Assembly (NCBI GenBank): GCA_038087875.1
Contig: CM075991.1
Coordinates: 62,001-126,000 of the forward strand
Source of the DNA: Malacoraja senta
Lineage: Eukaryota
Direction of reading: 5' to 3'
Length of the DNA: 64,000 nucleotides
Each line of letters starts with the position of its first letter. Position 1 is the stretch's first letter. A model generated the notes under the pieces. The model was not told the DNA's origin, did not search any database, and worked only from the letters and a program-made list of their open reading frames with translations. The translations under genes and the position numbers were made by a program. Of the stretch, positions 36,709-47,830 are shown piece after piece.

Positions 36709-38285
36709 CATATAACCATATAACCATAACAGCACGGAAACAGGCCATCTCGGCCCTTCAAGTCCGTGCCGAACATTTTTTTTATTTTTTTATTTTTTTA
36801 ATTAAAAATAAATACTTCCCCCTAGTCCCATCTACCTGCACTCAAACCATAACCCTCCATTCCTTTCCCGTTCATATACCCATCCAATCTATTTTTAAAG
36901 GATAACATCGAACTTGCCTCCACCACTTCCACTGGAAGCTCATTCCACACAGCTACCACTCTCTGAGTAAAGAAGTTCCCCCTAATGTTCTCCCTAAACT
37001 TCTATCCCTTAATTCTCAAGTCATGTCCCCTTGTTTGAATCTTCCCTACTCTCAATGGGAAAAGCTTATCCACGTCCACTCTGTCTAACCCGCTCATAAT
37101 TTTAAAGACCTCTATCAAGTCCCCTCTTAACCTTCTGCGCTCCAAAGAATAAAGACCAAACTTGTTCAACCTTTCTCTGTAACTTAGTTGCTGAAACCCA
37201 GGCAACATTCTAGTAAATCTCCTCTGTACTCTCTCTATTTTGTTGACATCCTTCCTATAATTAGGCGACCAAAATTGTACTCCATACTCCAGAATTGGCC
37301 TCACCAATGCCTTGTACAATTTTAACATTACATCCCAACTTCTATATTCAATGCTCTGATTATAAAGGCCAGCACACCAAAAGCTTTCTTTACCACCCTA
37401 TCTACATGAGATTACACCTTCAGGGAACTATGCACAGTTATTCCTAGATCCCTCTGTTCAACGGCATTCCTCAATTCGCTACCATTTACCGTGTACGTCC
37501 TATTTTGATTTGTCCTGCCGAGATGTAGCACCTCACATTTGTCAGCATTAAACTCCATCTGCCATCTTTCAGCCCACTCTTCCAAATGGCCTAAATCTCT
37601 CTGTAGACTTTGAAAATCTACTTCATTATCCACAAACACCTATCTTAGTATCATCTGCATACTTACTAATTCAATTTCCACACCATCATCCAGATCATTG
37701 ATGTACATGACAAACAACAGTGGGACCCAACACAGACCCCTGAGGCACCCACTAGTCACCGGCCTCCAACCTGACAAACAGCCATCCACCATTACTCTCT
37801 GGCATCTCCCATTCAGCCACTGTTGAATCCATCTTGCTACTCACCATTAATACCCAACAATTGAATCTTCTTAACCAACCTTCCATGAGGAACCTTGTCA
37901 AAGCCTTACTGAAGTCCATATAGACAACATCCACTGCTTTACCCTCATCAATTTCCCCTAGTAACCTCTTCGAAAAATTCAAGAAGATTAGTCAAGCATG
38001 ACCTTCCAGGCACAAATCCATGTTGACTGTTCCTAATCAGACCCTGCTTATCCAGATGCTTATATATATCATCTTTAAGTATCCTTTCCATTAATTTGCC
38101 CACCACCTGACGTCAAACTAACAGGTCTATAATTGCTAGGTTTACTCTCGAACCCTTTTTAACAACGGAACAACATGCGCAGTACGCCAATCCTCCGGCA
38201 ACATATTCCGGTTTTCTAATGACATTTGAAATATTTCTGTCATAGCCCCCTGCTATTTCTACACTAACTTCCCTCAATGTCCTAG
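36709..38285 (-). mobile_element. 5'-truncated CR1, same subfamily as 27498-28940
   Basis: Very similar sequence but with many 1-bp indels; GGGTCA at both flanks within a Penelope tandem. Confidence 0.9.
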
Positions 38286-38814
38286 GGTCAGGCAGCATCT
38301 GTGGAGAACATGGATAGGTGACGTTTCAGTGTGCTGGAGTAACTCAGTGGGTCAGGCAGCATCTGTGGAGAACATTTTGGGTCGGGACCCTTCTTCAGAC
38401 TGACACAATGTTAAAACATGAGGGGGTGATCAGCAGATGAGTGGAGTAAGTGACAGAGGCGAGAGTAAATAAGGAGATAAAATGAGTGAGATAAAGACAG
38501 AGGAATATATATGTGCAACTTTAAGGGACATTGGTCAGGTAGCATTTGGAGTATTGCATGCAGTTCTGGTCACTCCATTACAGGAGTGATGTGGAGGCTT
38601 TGGGGAAGGTGCAGAGATGGTTTACCAGAATGGTATAAAAACAATGAACTGCAGATGCTGGTTTTCAAAAAAGGACACAAAATGCTGGAGTAACTCAGCT
38701 GGGCAGGCAGCATCTCTGGAGAGAAGGATTGGGTGATGTTTTGGGTCGAGACTCAAGAGGGTCTCGATCAGAACGTTACCTGTTCCTTCCAGCATTTTGT
38801 GTCTACCTAAACAG

Positions 38815-39832
38815 TGCGTATCCACGTCACGCTGTGCCAGCAGACGGGAGGAGTGGGCAAAGGCCTTGCCACAGAGGGGCATGTGAAGGGGCGCTGGCCA
38901 GTGTGGACTCGCAGTGCTCCAGCAGGTGGTCAAGGCGGTGAAGCCCCTTACCACAGGGTGGGCAGGGGAAGGGCCTCTCACTACTGTGGGTACGCCGGTG
39001 CTGCCACAGGCTGGACATGCGGGTGAAACCCTTGCCACACTCAGCGCACTCAAAGGGTCTGTCTCTAGTGTGTATCCGCTGCTTCTCCCGCAGCCCCCGT
39101 GAACTCTTGAAATTCCTGCCTCAGTGGGAACAGCCGCTCGCGCTGGTGAGACAGGTAATGGGAAGCCATGGCAAAGCGCTCTCCACACACCGGGCTGGGG
39201 CTGGGACGGTCGCTGTCGTGCACCCGCTGGTGGGACAGCAGGTTGCTGAACTGGGTGAAGCCTTGTCGCAATGGGCGCAGGTGTAGGGGCACTCGCCGGT
39301 GTGGGTGCGCTGGTGAACCAGCAGGTTGTTGGATTGGGTAAAGCCCTTGCCACACTGTGCGCAGGTGTAGGGCTGCTCGCCGGTGTGTGTGCGCTGGTGC
39401 ACCAGCAAGTTGCTGGAGCGGGAGAAGCCCTTGCCGCAGTCGCTGCAGGTGTGGGGCCGCTCCCCAGTGTGCAGGCGCCTGTGCACCTTCAGGTGCGACG
39501 ACGACTTGAAGCCTTTGCCGCAGTCGTGGCAGGTGAAGGGCCGCTCACCGCTGTGCACCCGCCGGTGCCCCTGCAGCCCCGACAACTGGGTAAAGCTCTT
39601 GCCGCAGGTGGAGCAGACATAGGGCTTCTCACTCGTTGTGCAGGCGCCGGTGCACCTGCAGCCCCGACAACTGGGTAAAGCTCTTGCCGCAGTCGGAGCA
39701 GTCAAAGGGGCGTTCTCCCGTGTGCAACCGCCGGTGGGCCTCCAGCCAGCTCGGGCACTGCCAGGCCTTGCCACACAAGTCACACTCATAACGCTTCTCC
39801 TTGTTGCGCCCCGTCATGTGGTCCTCCACCAA
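38815..39832 (-). pseudogene. C2H2 zinc-finger gene with about 12 fingers and TGE(K/R)P linkers; frameshifts and one stop in this assembly
   Basis: e.g. [28 protein letters not shown] and FECAECGKGFTRMSSLWQHRRTH; frame changes near 39633, 39260, 39140, 38945; TGA at 39121-39123. Confidence 0.85.
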
Positions 39833-40309
39833 AGCTCAGCCCCTCGAAGCTCAGCCCGCACACACTAAGCAGATGTGGGGGGGGGGTGGGGGGCTCACCG
39901 GCAACCTCAATGACCGCTCATGTCCCCGTCCCTCCGTCCACAGCTCCTAAACCCTGCAGGAGGGGAACACAGGGGGTCAACAAGCTGGTAAACAGGACAT
40001 TACAACCGTGTGAACATTACTGGTGCTTGGAGGGGGGGAACGGGGTGAGGAGATGGGGAGGGGATATGGGGGGAAGGTGGAGGGTGGGGGGAGGAGGGGG
40101 TGAATGGGCGAGATAGGATGGGGGGGTAAGGAGAGGGAGTTGGTGAGGGTGGAAGTGGGGAAGGGGGATGAGGACGGCGAAAGTGAGGGGAGGGGGAGAA
40201 GGGAGAGGGTTTATGAGGGGAGAGCGGGGGGGCAGAGGGAGTTGAGTGAGGGGGTGAGAGGAGGGTGGGGAGAAGGGAGGGGATGAAGGAAGCAAGTGGG
40301 AGAAGGGGG

Positions 40310-40405
40310 GCTGCACGACCAGCGCGCTGACATCACCGCCAATCCGAGGGGGACTGCCGGCCACGCACCCTGCCAATGCGCAGTCACGTGGGGTGGCAGC
40401 ATGCA
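40310..40405. promoter_or_regulatory. Candidate promoter of the zinc-finger gene
   Basis: CpG-rich patch with two GCCAAT boxes (about 40338 and 40372) and a GTCACGTG E-box (about 40383) upstream of the ORF; candidate splice acceptor at 39954. Confidence 0.4.
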
Positions 40406-40603
40406 TCAAGGTCACACAGTGCTGGAGTCACTCAGCAGGTCGGGCAGCTTCTGTGGAGAGAGGGAATGTGACGTTTCAGTCGAGACCATTCTTCAGTCTG
40501 TTGGGAAGTACAGAGATAAGGAAGTGTAAGGAGTGAAAACAGGACAAAGGGAATGGAGTTCAAGGAAAATGTAGAATAGTTCGTTGGGAGAAGGTAACAG
40601 GCA

Positions 40604-43600
40604 ATAGGTGCAGGAGTAGACCATTCAGCCCTTCGAGCCAGCACCGCCATTCAATATGATCGTGGCTGATCATCCAGTGTCGGTACCCCGTTCCGGCTTT
40701 TTCCCCATATCCCTTGATTCCGTTAGCCTTAGAGCTAAGTCTAACTCCAAGTTTGCGGNNNNNNNNNNNNNNNNNNNNNNNNNNNNNNNNNNNNNNNNNN
40801 NNNNNNNNNNNNNNNNNNNNNNNNNNNNNNNNNNNNNNNNNNNNNNNNNNNNNNNNNNNNNNNNNNNNNNNNNNNNNNNNNNNNNNNNNNNNNNNNNNNN
40901 NNNNNNNNNNNNNNNNNNNNNNNNNNNNNNNNNNNNNNNNNNNNNNNNNNNNNNNNNNTTGACCCTCGGTCCCCTGCTATTTCCGGCAGATTAATTAAGT
41001 CTTCCTTTGTGAAGACAGAACCAAAGTAGTTATTCAATTGGTCTGCCATGTCCTTGTTCCCCATGATTAATTCACCTGTTTATGACTGCAAGGGACCTAC
41101 ATTTGTTTTAACTAATCTTTTTCTCTTCACATATCTATAAAAACTTTTGCAGTCAGTTTTTGTTCCCTGCCAGTTTCTTTCATAATCCATTTTCCCTTTC
41201 CTAATTAAACCCTTTGTCCTCCTCTGCTGGACTGAATTTCTCCCAGTCCTCTGGGAAGCTGCTTTTCCTGGCTAATTTGCATGCTTCATCTTTTGTTTTG
41301 ATACTATCCCTGATTTCCCTTGTTATCCACGGATGCACTACCTTCCCTGATTTATTCTTTTGCCAAACTGGGATGAACAATTTTTGTAGTTCATCCGTGC
41401 AGCCTTTAAATGCCTTCTATTGCATATCCACCGTCAACCCTTTAAGAATCAATTGCCAGTCTATCTTGGCCAATTCACGTCTCATACCCTCAAAGTTACC
41501 TTTCTTTAAGTTCAGAACCCTTGTTTCTGAATTAATTATCTCACTCTCCATCCTAATGAAGAACTCAACCATATTATGGTCACTCTTGCCCAAGGGGCCA
41601 CGCACAACAAGACTGCTAACTAACCCTTCCTCATTACTCAATACCCAGTCTAGAATAGCCTGCTTTCTCGTTGGTTCCTCTACATGTTGATTTAGAAAAC
41701 TATCCCGCATACATTCCAAGAAATCCTCTTCCTCAGCATACCTGCCAATTTGATTCATCCAATCTATATGTAGATTGAAATCACCCATTATAACAGTTTT
41801 ACCTTTGTTGCACGCATTTCTAATTTCCTGTTTGATGCCATCCCCCAACTCCACTACTACTGTTAGGTGGCCTGTACACAACTCCCACTAGCGTTTTCTG
41901 CCCCTTAGTGTTTCGCAGCTCTACCCATATCGATTCCACATCCTCCAAGCTAATGTCCTTCCTTTCTATTGCGTTAATTTCCTCACTAACCAGCAACGCT
42001 ACCCAACCTCCTTTTCCTTTCTGTCTATCCCTCCTGAATATTGAATATCCCTGGATGTGCAGCTCCCAGCCTTGGTCACCCAGGAGCCATGTCTCCGTGA
42101 TCCCAACTATATCATAGTCATTATCTGCACATTCAACTCATCCACCTTATTACGAATGATCCTTGCATTGAGACACAAAGCCTTCAGGCTTGTTTTTACA
42201 ACACTCTTACCCCTTATACAATTATGTTGAAAAATGGCCATTTTTGATTTTTGCCCTGGATTTGTCTGCCTACCACTTTTACTTTTCACCTTGCTACCTA
42301 TTGCTTCTACCCTCATTTTACACCCCTCTGTCTCTCTGCTCACACATTTAAGAAATCCACCACCTCTTATTCTCTGTTTATTATCTTTTTCTTCTTTCCC
42401 CCCTACAAGTTGGGTCTGAGTGCTCCCCTTCTCTGCCTCCTGCCTCACACACTGTTTACTAGCTTTCTCTATTTGAGTCCCCTCCCCCCAACCGTTCTAG
42501 TTTAAAGTCTCCCCAGTAGCCTTTGCAAATCTCCCCGCCAGGATATTGGTCCCCCTCGGGTTCAAGTGCGACCCGTTCTTTTTGTACAGGTCACACCTTC
42601 CCCAAAAGTGGTTCCAATGATCCAGAAACTTGAATCCCTGCCCTCTGCACCAGTCCTTCAGCCACGCATTTATCCTCCACCTCGCTCCATTCCTACTCTC
42701 ATTGTCGCGTGGCACAGGCAGTAATCCTGAGATTGTTACCTTTTCCTTAACTCTCTTCCTAATTCCCTAAATTCATCTTTCAGGACCTCTTCCCTTTTTC
42801 TACCTATGTCATTGGTACCTATATGTACCACGACCTCGGGCTCCTCTCCCTCCCACTTCAGGGTATCTTGGACACATTCAGACACATCCCAGACCCTGGC
42901 ACCAGGGAGGCAAACTACCATCCGGGTCTCCCGACCGCGTCCACAGAATCGCCTGTCTGACCCCCTAACTATAGAGTCCTCTATTACTACTGCCCTCCTC
43001 TTCTTTTCCTTACCCCTCTGAGCAACAGGGCCGGTCTCTGTACCGTCGGCCCGGCCGCTGTTGCTACCCCCAGGTAGGCTGTCCCCCTCAACAGTACTCA
43101 AACGGGAGTACTTATTGTCAAGGTGTACAGCCACCGGGGTACTCTCTAGTCCCTGCCTCTGCCCCTTGCCCCTCCTAACTGTGACCCACTTGTCTGTCTC
43201 CCGTGGTTTTGGAGTGACCACCTCTCTGTAACTCCTCTCTATGACCTCCTCACTCTCCCTGACCAGACAGAGGTCATCGAGCTGCTGCTCCAGGTTCCTA
43301 ACACGGTCCCTTAGGAACCCCATCTCGACGCACCTGGCGCAGATGTGGATGCCTGGAGGGCTATCAGACTCCATGAATTCCCACATCTGACATCCAGAAC
43401 AGAAAACTGCCCTGGCCCTCATACTCCCCCCTTACCCTGGATACAATACAAAGTGCAATACAATACAATACAAAGTGCAATACAATACAATACAAACTGC
43501 TGGAAGAAATCAGCGGGGATCTGACACCCAATCAGCTGCTTCCTCTAGTCAGCTTCCACCAATCAGCGGCTTCCTCAAGCCCACTTCTTTTGAACCGTGG

Positions 43601-43747
43601 AATGCGAGTGGAACGTTACAGATTTAGGTTCCTCTTCCCACACCAACGGTTCCTGGGCCTCTGTAAAACAAGCCCTGCGGTCGAGGATTATACTCACAGC
43701 CCAGACGCCGCTCCTCCCACACCAACGGTTCCTGGGCCTCCCAGGCC
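40604..43747 (-). mobile_element. CR1 with 5' UTR, ORF1 (zinc finger, coiled coil, SGNH esterase) and APE domain; spans the assembly gap
   Basis: ORF 42736-43422 CSGC..CARC, IEDS, CLPGA, HIGTND; APE motifs LCLNAR, IMGDFN, SDH; 3' tail at about 40604-40745. Confidence 0.85.
40759..40958. other. Assembly gap (200 N)
   Basis: Run of N. Confidence 1.
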
Positions 43748-44912
43748 ACCCTATCGACATGAGATTCCACCTTCAGGAAACTATGCACAGTTATTCCTAG
43801 ATCCCTCTGTTCTACTGCATTCCTCAATTCGCTACCATTTACCATGTACGTCCTATTTTGATTTGTCCTACCAAGATGTAGTACCTCACACTTATCAGCA
43901 TTAAACTCCATCTGCCATCTTTCAGCACACTCTTCCAAATGGCCTAAATCTCTCTGTAGACTTTGAAAATCTACTTCATTATCCACAACACTACCATATA
44001 ACCATATAACAATTACAGCATGGAAACAGGCCATCTCGGCCCTTCTAGTCCGTGCCAAACACTTACTCCCACCTAATCCCATCTACCTGCACTCAGACCA
44101 TAACCCTCCATTCCTTTCCCGTCCATATACCTATCCAATTTATTTTTAAATAATAAAACCGAACCTGCCTCCACCACTTCCACTGGAAGCTCATTCCACA
44201 CAGCTACCACTCTCTGAGTAAAGAAGTTCCCCCTCATGTTACCCCTGAACTTTTGTCCCTTAATTCTCAAATCATGTCCTCTTGTTTGAATCTTCCCTAC
44301 TCTCAATGGAAAAAGCTTATCCACGTCAACTCTGTCTATCCCTCTCATCATTTTAAAGACCACTATCAAGTCCCCCCTTAACCTTCTGCGCTCTTATCTT
44401 ACCACCTATCTTAGTATCATCTGCATACTTACTAATCCAATTTTCCACACCATCATCCAGATCATTGATGTATATGACAAACAACAGTGGACCCAACACA
44501 GACCCCTGAGGCACCCCACTAGTCACCGGCCTCCAACCTGACAAACAGCCATCCACCATTACTCTCTGGCATCTCCCATTCAGCCACTGTTGAATCCATC
44601 TTGCTACTCCACCATTAATACCCAACAATTGAACCTTCTTAACCAACCTTCCATGTGGAACCTTGTCAAAGGCCTTACTGAAGTCCATATAGACAACATC
44701 CACCGCTTTACCCTCATCAATTTCCCTAGTAACCTCTTCAAAAAATTCAAGAAGATTATTCAAACAAGACATTCCAGGCACAAATCCATGTTGACTGTTC
44801 CTAATCAGACCCTGTTTATCCAGATGCTTATATATACATTATCTCTAAGTATCCTTTCCATTAATTTGCCCACCACTGACGTCAAACTAACAGGTCTATA
44901 ATTGCTAGTTTA
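43745..44912 (-). mobile_element. Nested CR1 RT and 3' fragments
   Basis: [19 protein letters not shown]; nested 3' end at about 43995-44393. Confidence 0.88.
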
Positions 44913-44919
44913 CTCTTTA

Positions 44920-47615
44920 CTCCCTCCCCCTCTCCTCGCCTCTCCTCTCCTCCATTCTACTCACCCCTCCTCCCACTCTTCTCCTCTCCTCTACTCCCGT
45001 CCCTTCGCTCATCTCCTCTCCTCCCTGCCATTCCTCTCATGCCCCTCTCTCCAACCCTCCCTTCCTCTACTCTCCTCTCTCCTCTCTCCTCACCTCTCAT
45101 CCCCTCTCCTCGTGCCCTCTCCTCTCCTCCCCCTCCTCTCTTCTCCCCTCGCCTCAAATCCAACACCAAAGATAATTTGTGGAGGAGAGATTGTCTCCTC
45201 CTCCTCACCCCTCCCTTCCTCCCCTCTCCTCTTGCCACTCCCCTCCCATCTTCTCTCTCCTCTCCCCTCCTCCACTCCCATTTTTCTCTCCTCTTCCCTC
45301 CCATCTCCTTTCCTCCCCTCCACACTCCTCCCCACATCTACTCCCCACATCTCCTCTCCTTCCCCTCGTCCCCTCTCCTTTCATCTACCTCCTCCCCCCC
45401 TCCTCTCCCTCTCTCTCCCCTCACCTCAAATCCAGCACCAAAGATAATGTAATATGATGGTCATGAGAGAATGTCTCCTCTCCTCTCCCATACCACCCTC
45501 ACTTCCCCTCTCCTCTCCTCTCCAATCACCTCCTCCCCTTCCCTCTCCGCCCTTCTCCACTGCCCTCCAGTATCCTCCTCTGCTCTCCTCATCCCTCCTC
45601 CCATCTCCCCCCTCTCCTCCCCTCGCATCTCCTCTCCTCCCCTCCTCTCACCATCCTCTTTCCTACCCTCCCTCTCCCTTCCACACCCCTTTCTTCTCCT
45701 CATCTCTCCTCTCCTCTCCCCTCCCCTCATCCACTCCTCCCCCCTCCTCTCCTTCCATCCTCCCCCCTCCTCCTTTCCCCTCTCCTCTCCTCCCCTCTCC
45801 TCCCTCCTCCTCTCATCTCTTCTCGCCTCTCCCCTCCCCTTAAATCCAGCACCAAAGTTAATTGTAATATAGCGGAGATGAGATATTGTCCTCTCCTCCC
45901 CTCTCCTATCCTCTCGCCTCCTCTCCTTTCCTCCTCTCTTGCCCTCCCCCCTCGTCTCTCCCTTCGTCCCCTCATCTACTCCCCACTCCTCTCTTTTCTT
46001 CCCATCTCCTCCCCTCTCCTCTCGTCCCCTCCTCTCCCCTCTCCTTACCTCTCTCCTCTCCTCCACTCTCCTGTCCTCTCCTCTCGCCCTTCCCCTCCCC
46101 TCCACTCTTCTCTCCCCTCCCCTCTTCTCCCCTCTCTTCTTCTGTCATCTCCCCTCTCCTCTCCACCCCTTTCCACTCCCCTCCTCCCCGCTCCTCTTCA
46201 CACCTCTCTACTCACCTCTCCTTGCCTCCCCTCTCCTCTCCTCCCCTCCCTTCCTCTCTGCTCCCCTCCATCTCCCGCTCCCCTCCCTCCCTCTCCTCTC
46301 CCCCTCACCTCTCTCCGCTCCTCTCCTCTCCTCTCTACCCTCTCCCGCCGCACCTCTCCTTTGCTTTTCTCGCTCCTCCTCTCCTTTACTTTCCTCTCAT
46401 CCCTCTGCCCCTACACTCCGCTCTCTCCTTCCGTCCTCCCTTCGCCTCTCCTCTCCCCTCTCCTTGCCTCTCCTCTCCCCTCCTCTCCTCTCCCCTCCTC
46501 TCCTCTCCCCTCTTCTCCTCTCCCCGCTCCCCCCCTCCCCTCCTACCTGTTGTGTCTGTGTAAGACTGTCCTTACAGTCATCACAAGAGGGAATCAGTCC
46601 GGTGGAATCTTGACTGGAATAAAATCCGACTTACTGACATGGGACAACATGAGTCTGTATTGAGTAACTACACATTAAACACTACAATGCCCTCTCCTCT
46701 CCTCCCCTCCCCTCTCCTCTACTCTTCTCACCTCTCCTCTCCTCTCCTCTCCTCCCCCACTCCCCTATCTTCACCTCTCCTCTCCTCTCCTCTCTCTTCT
46801 CCACCACTCTCCTCCCCTCTCCAATCCCCTCCTCTCTCCACCTCCCGTTCCCTCCCTCTCCCACTCTCTCCCCATCCCTCAAATTAGCACCAAAGATATC
46901 TGAAATATTGTGTAGGTGAGAGAATGTCTCCTCTCCTCTCCAATCCTCTCCATCTCCTCTCTTCCCTTCCCCTCTCCTCTACCCCCTCCTCTCTGCTCCC
47001 TCTCCCTCTTCTCTTCCCCTCACATCTCCTCTCACCTCTCCCCTCCACTCTTCTCTCCCCTCCCCCCTCCTCTCCTCTCTCCCCTCCACCCCTCCCCTCC
47101 CTCTCTTCTCCACTCCCCTCAAATCCAGCACCAAAGATAATTGTTATACATTCGTGAGAGGGTGTCACCTCTCCTCTCATCTCATCTCCCCGCTCCTCTC
47201 CGCTCCTCTCCTCTCCTCTCTTCCATTCTCCACTACCCTCCACTCACCGCCTATTCGTCTGCTCTCTTCGACCCTGCTCCCATCTCCCCCTTCTCTCCTC
47301 TCCTCTCAGCTCCCCTCCCTCTCCACCATTACTCTCATCCCCCTCTCTCCTCCGCACCCTCTCCACTCCTCTAATCTCCTTTCTCATAACCTCTCCTCTC
47401 CTCCTCTCTCCTATCCTCCCCTCTCCTCGTCTCGTCCCCTATCCACTCCTCCCCCCTCATCTCCTCTCCCCTCCTCCTCCCCCCTCCCCTCTCCTCTCCC
47501 CTCCTCTGCTACCTCCTCCTCTCATCTCATCTCCCCTCCCCTCAAATCCAGCACCAAAGATAATTGCTGGAGATAAGAGATTGTCTCTTTTCCTCCTCCC
47601 CTCTCCTCTCCGCCC
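44920..47615. repeat. Polypyrimidine (CTC/CCT) satellite with recurring conserved cores
   Basis: Almost pure C/T top strand with six CCTCAAATCCAGCACCAAAGATAAT-like cores. Confidence 0.9.
46548..46686 (+). mobile_element. Probable solo LTR
   Basis: Mixed-base 139-bp island, TGTTGTG...ACTACA, with internal AATAAA; no clean target-site duplication. Confidence 0.5.
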
Positions 47616-47830
47616 TGTTGTGTATAAGAATATGATTAGCATATTGGGCTGTCTTGCGCGATGGTACGCCTGCGCAGAGAGACTCAAGATGGTGATTTCA
47701 ATACAAGAAGCTTGTTAAGTATCTGTGTGTTCCAAGTCATATTTAAGTCCGTTTCCAGCGTGAATACATAACAATTTGGCGACGAGAATGTCGATTCCGT
47801 TAGCAGGAACAGAATTGCGGTCGATTTGGT
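47616..47830 (+). mobile_element. LTR (47616-47773) with primer-binding site and leader, interrupted by a CR1
   Basis: TGTT...AACA ends followed by TGGCGACGAG (47777-47786), a common Gypsy PBS. Confidence 0.7.

Noticed and set aside
38622..38815. Penelope-derived C-terminal extension of the zinc-finger protein
   Set aside because: Lies downstream of several frameshifts and a stop, so the reading frame cannot be trusted
39865..39898. GTGAG...TTAG mini-intron upstream of the zinc-finger ORF
   Set aside because: 34 nt is too short for a plausible spliceosomal intron
40656..41064. ORFs containing X runs
   Set aside because: They span the N gap
45152..47580. CRISPR-like repeat-spacer appearance
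   Set aside because: Spacers are long, low-complexity and uneven; no cas genes; eukaryotic context
44902..47687. Many long Pro/Ser/Leu-rich and Gly/Glu/Arg-rich ORFs
   Set aside because: Artefacts of a C/T tract that lacks stop codons in most frames
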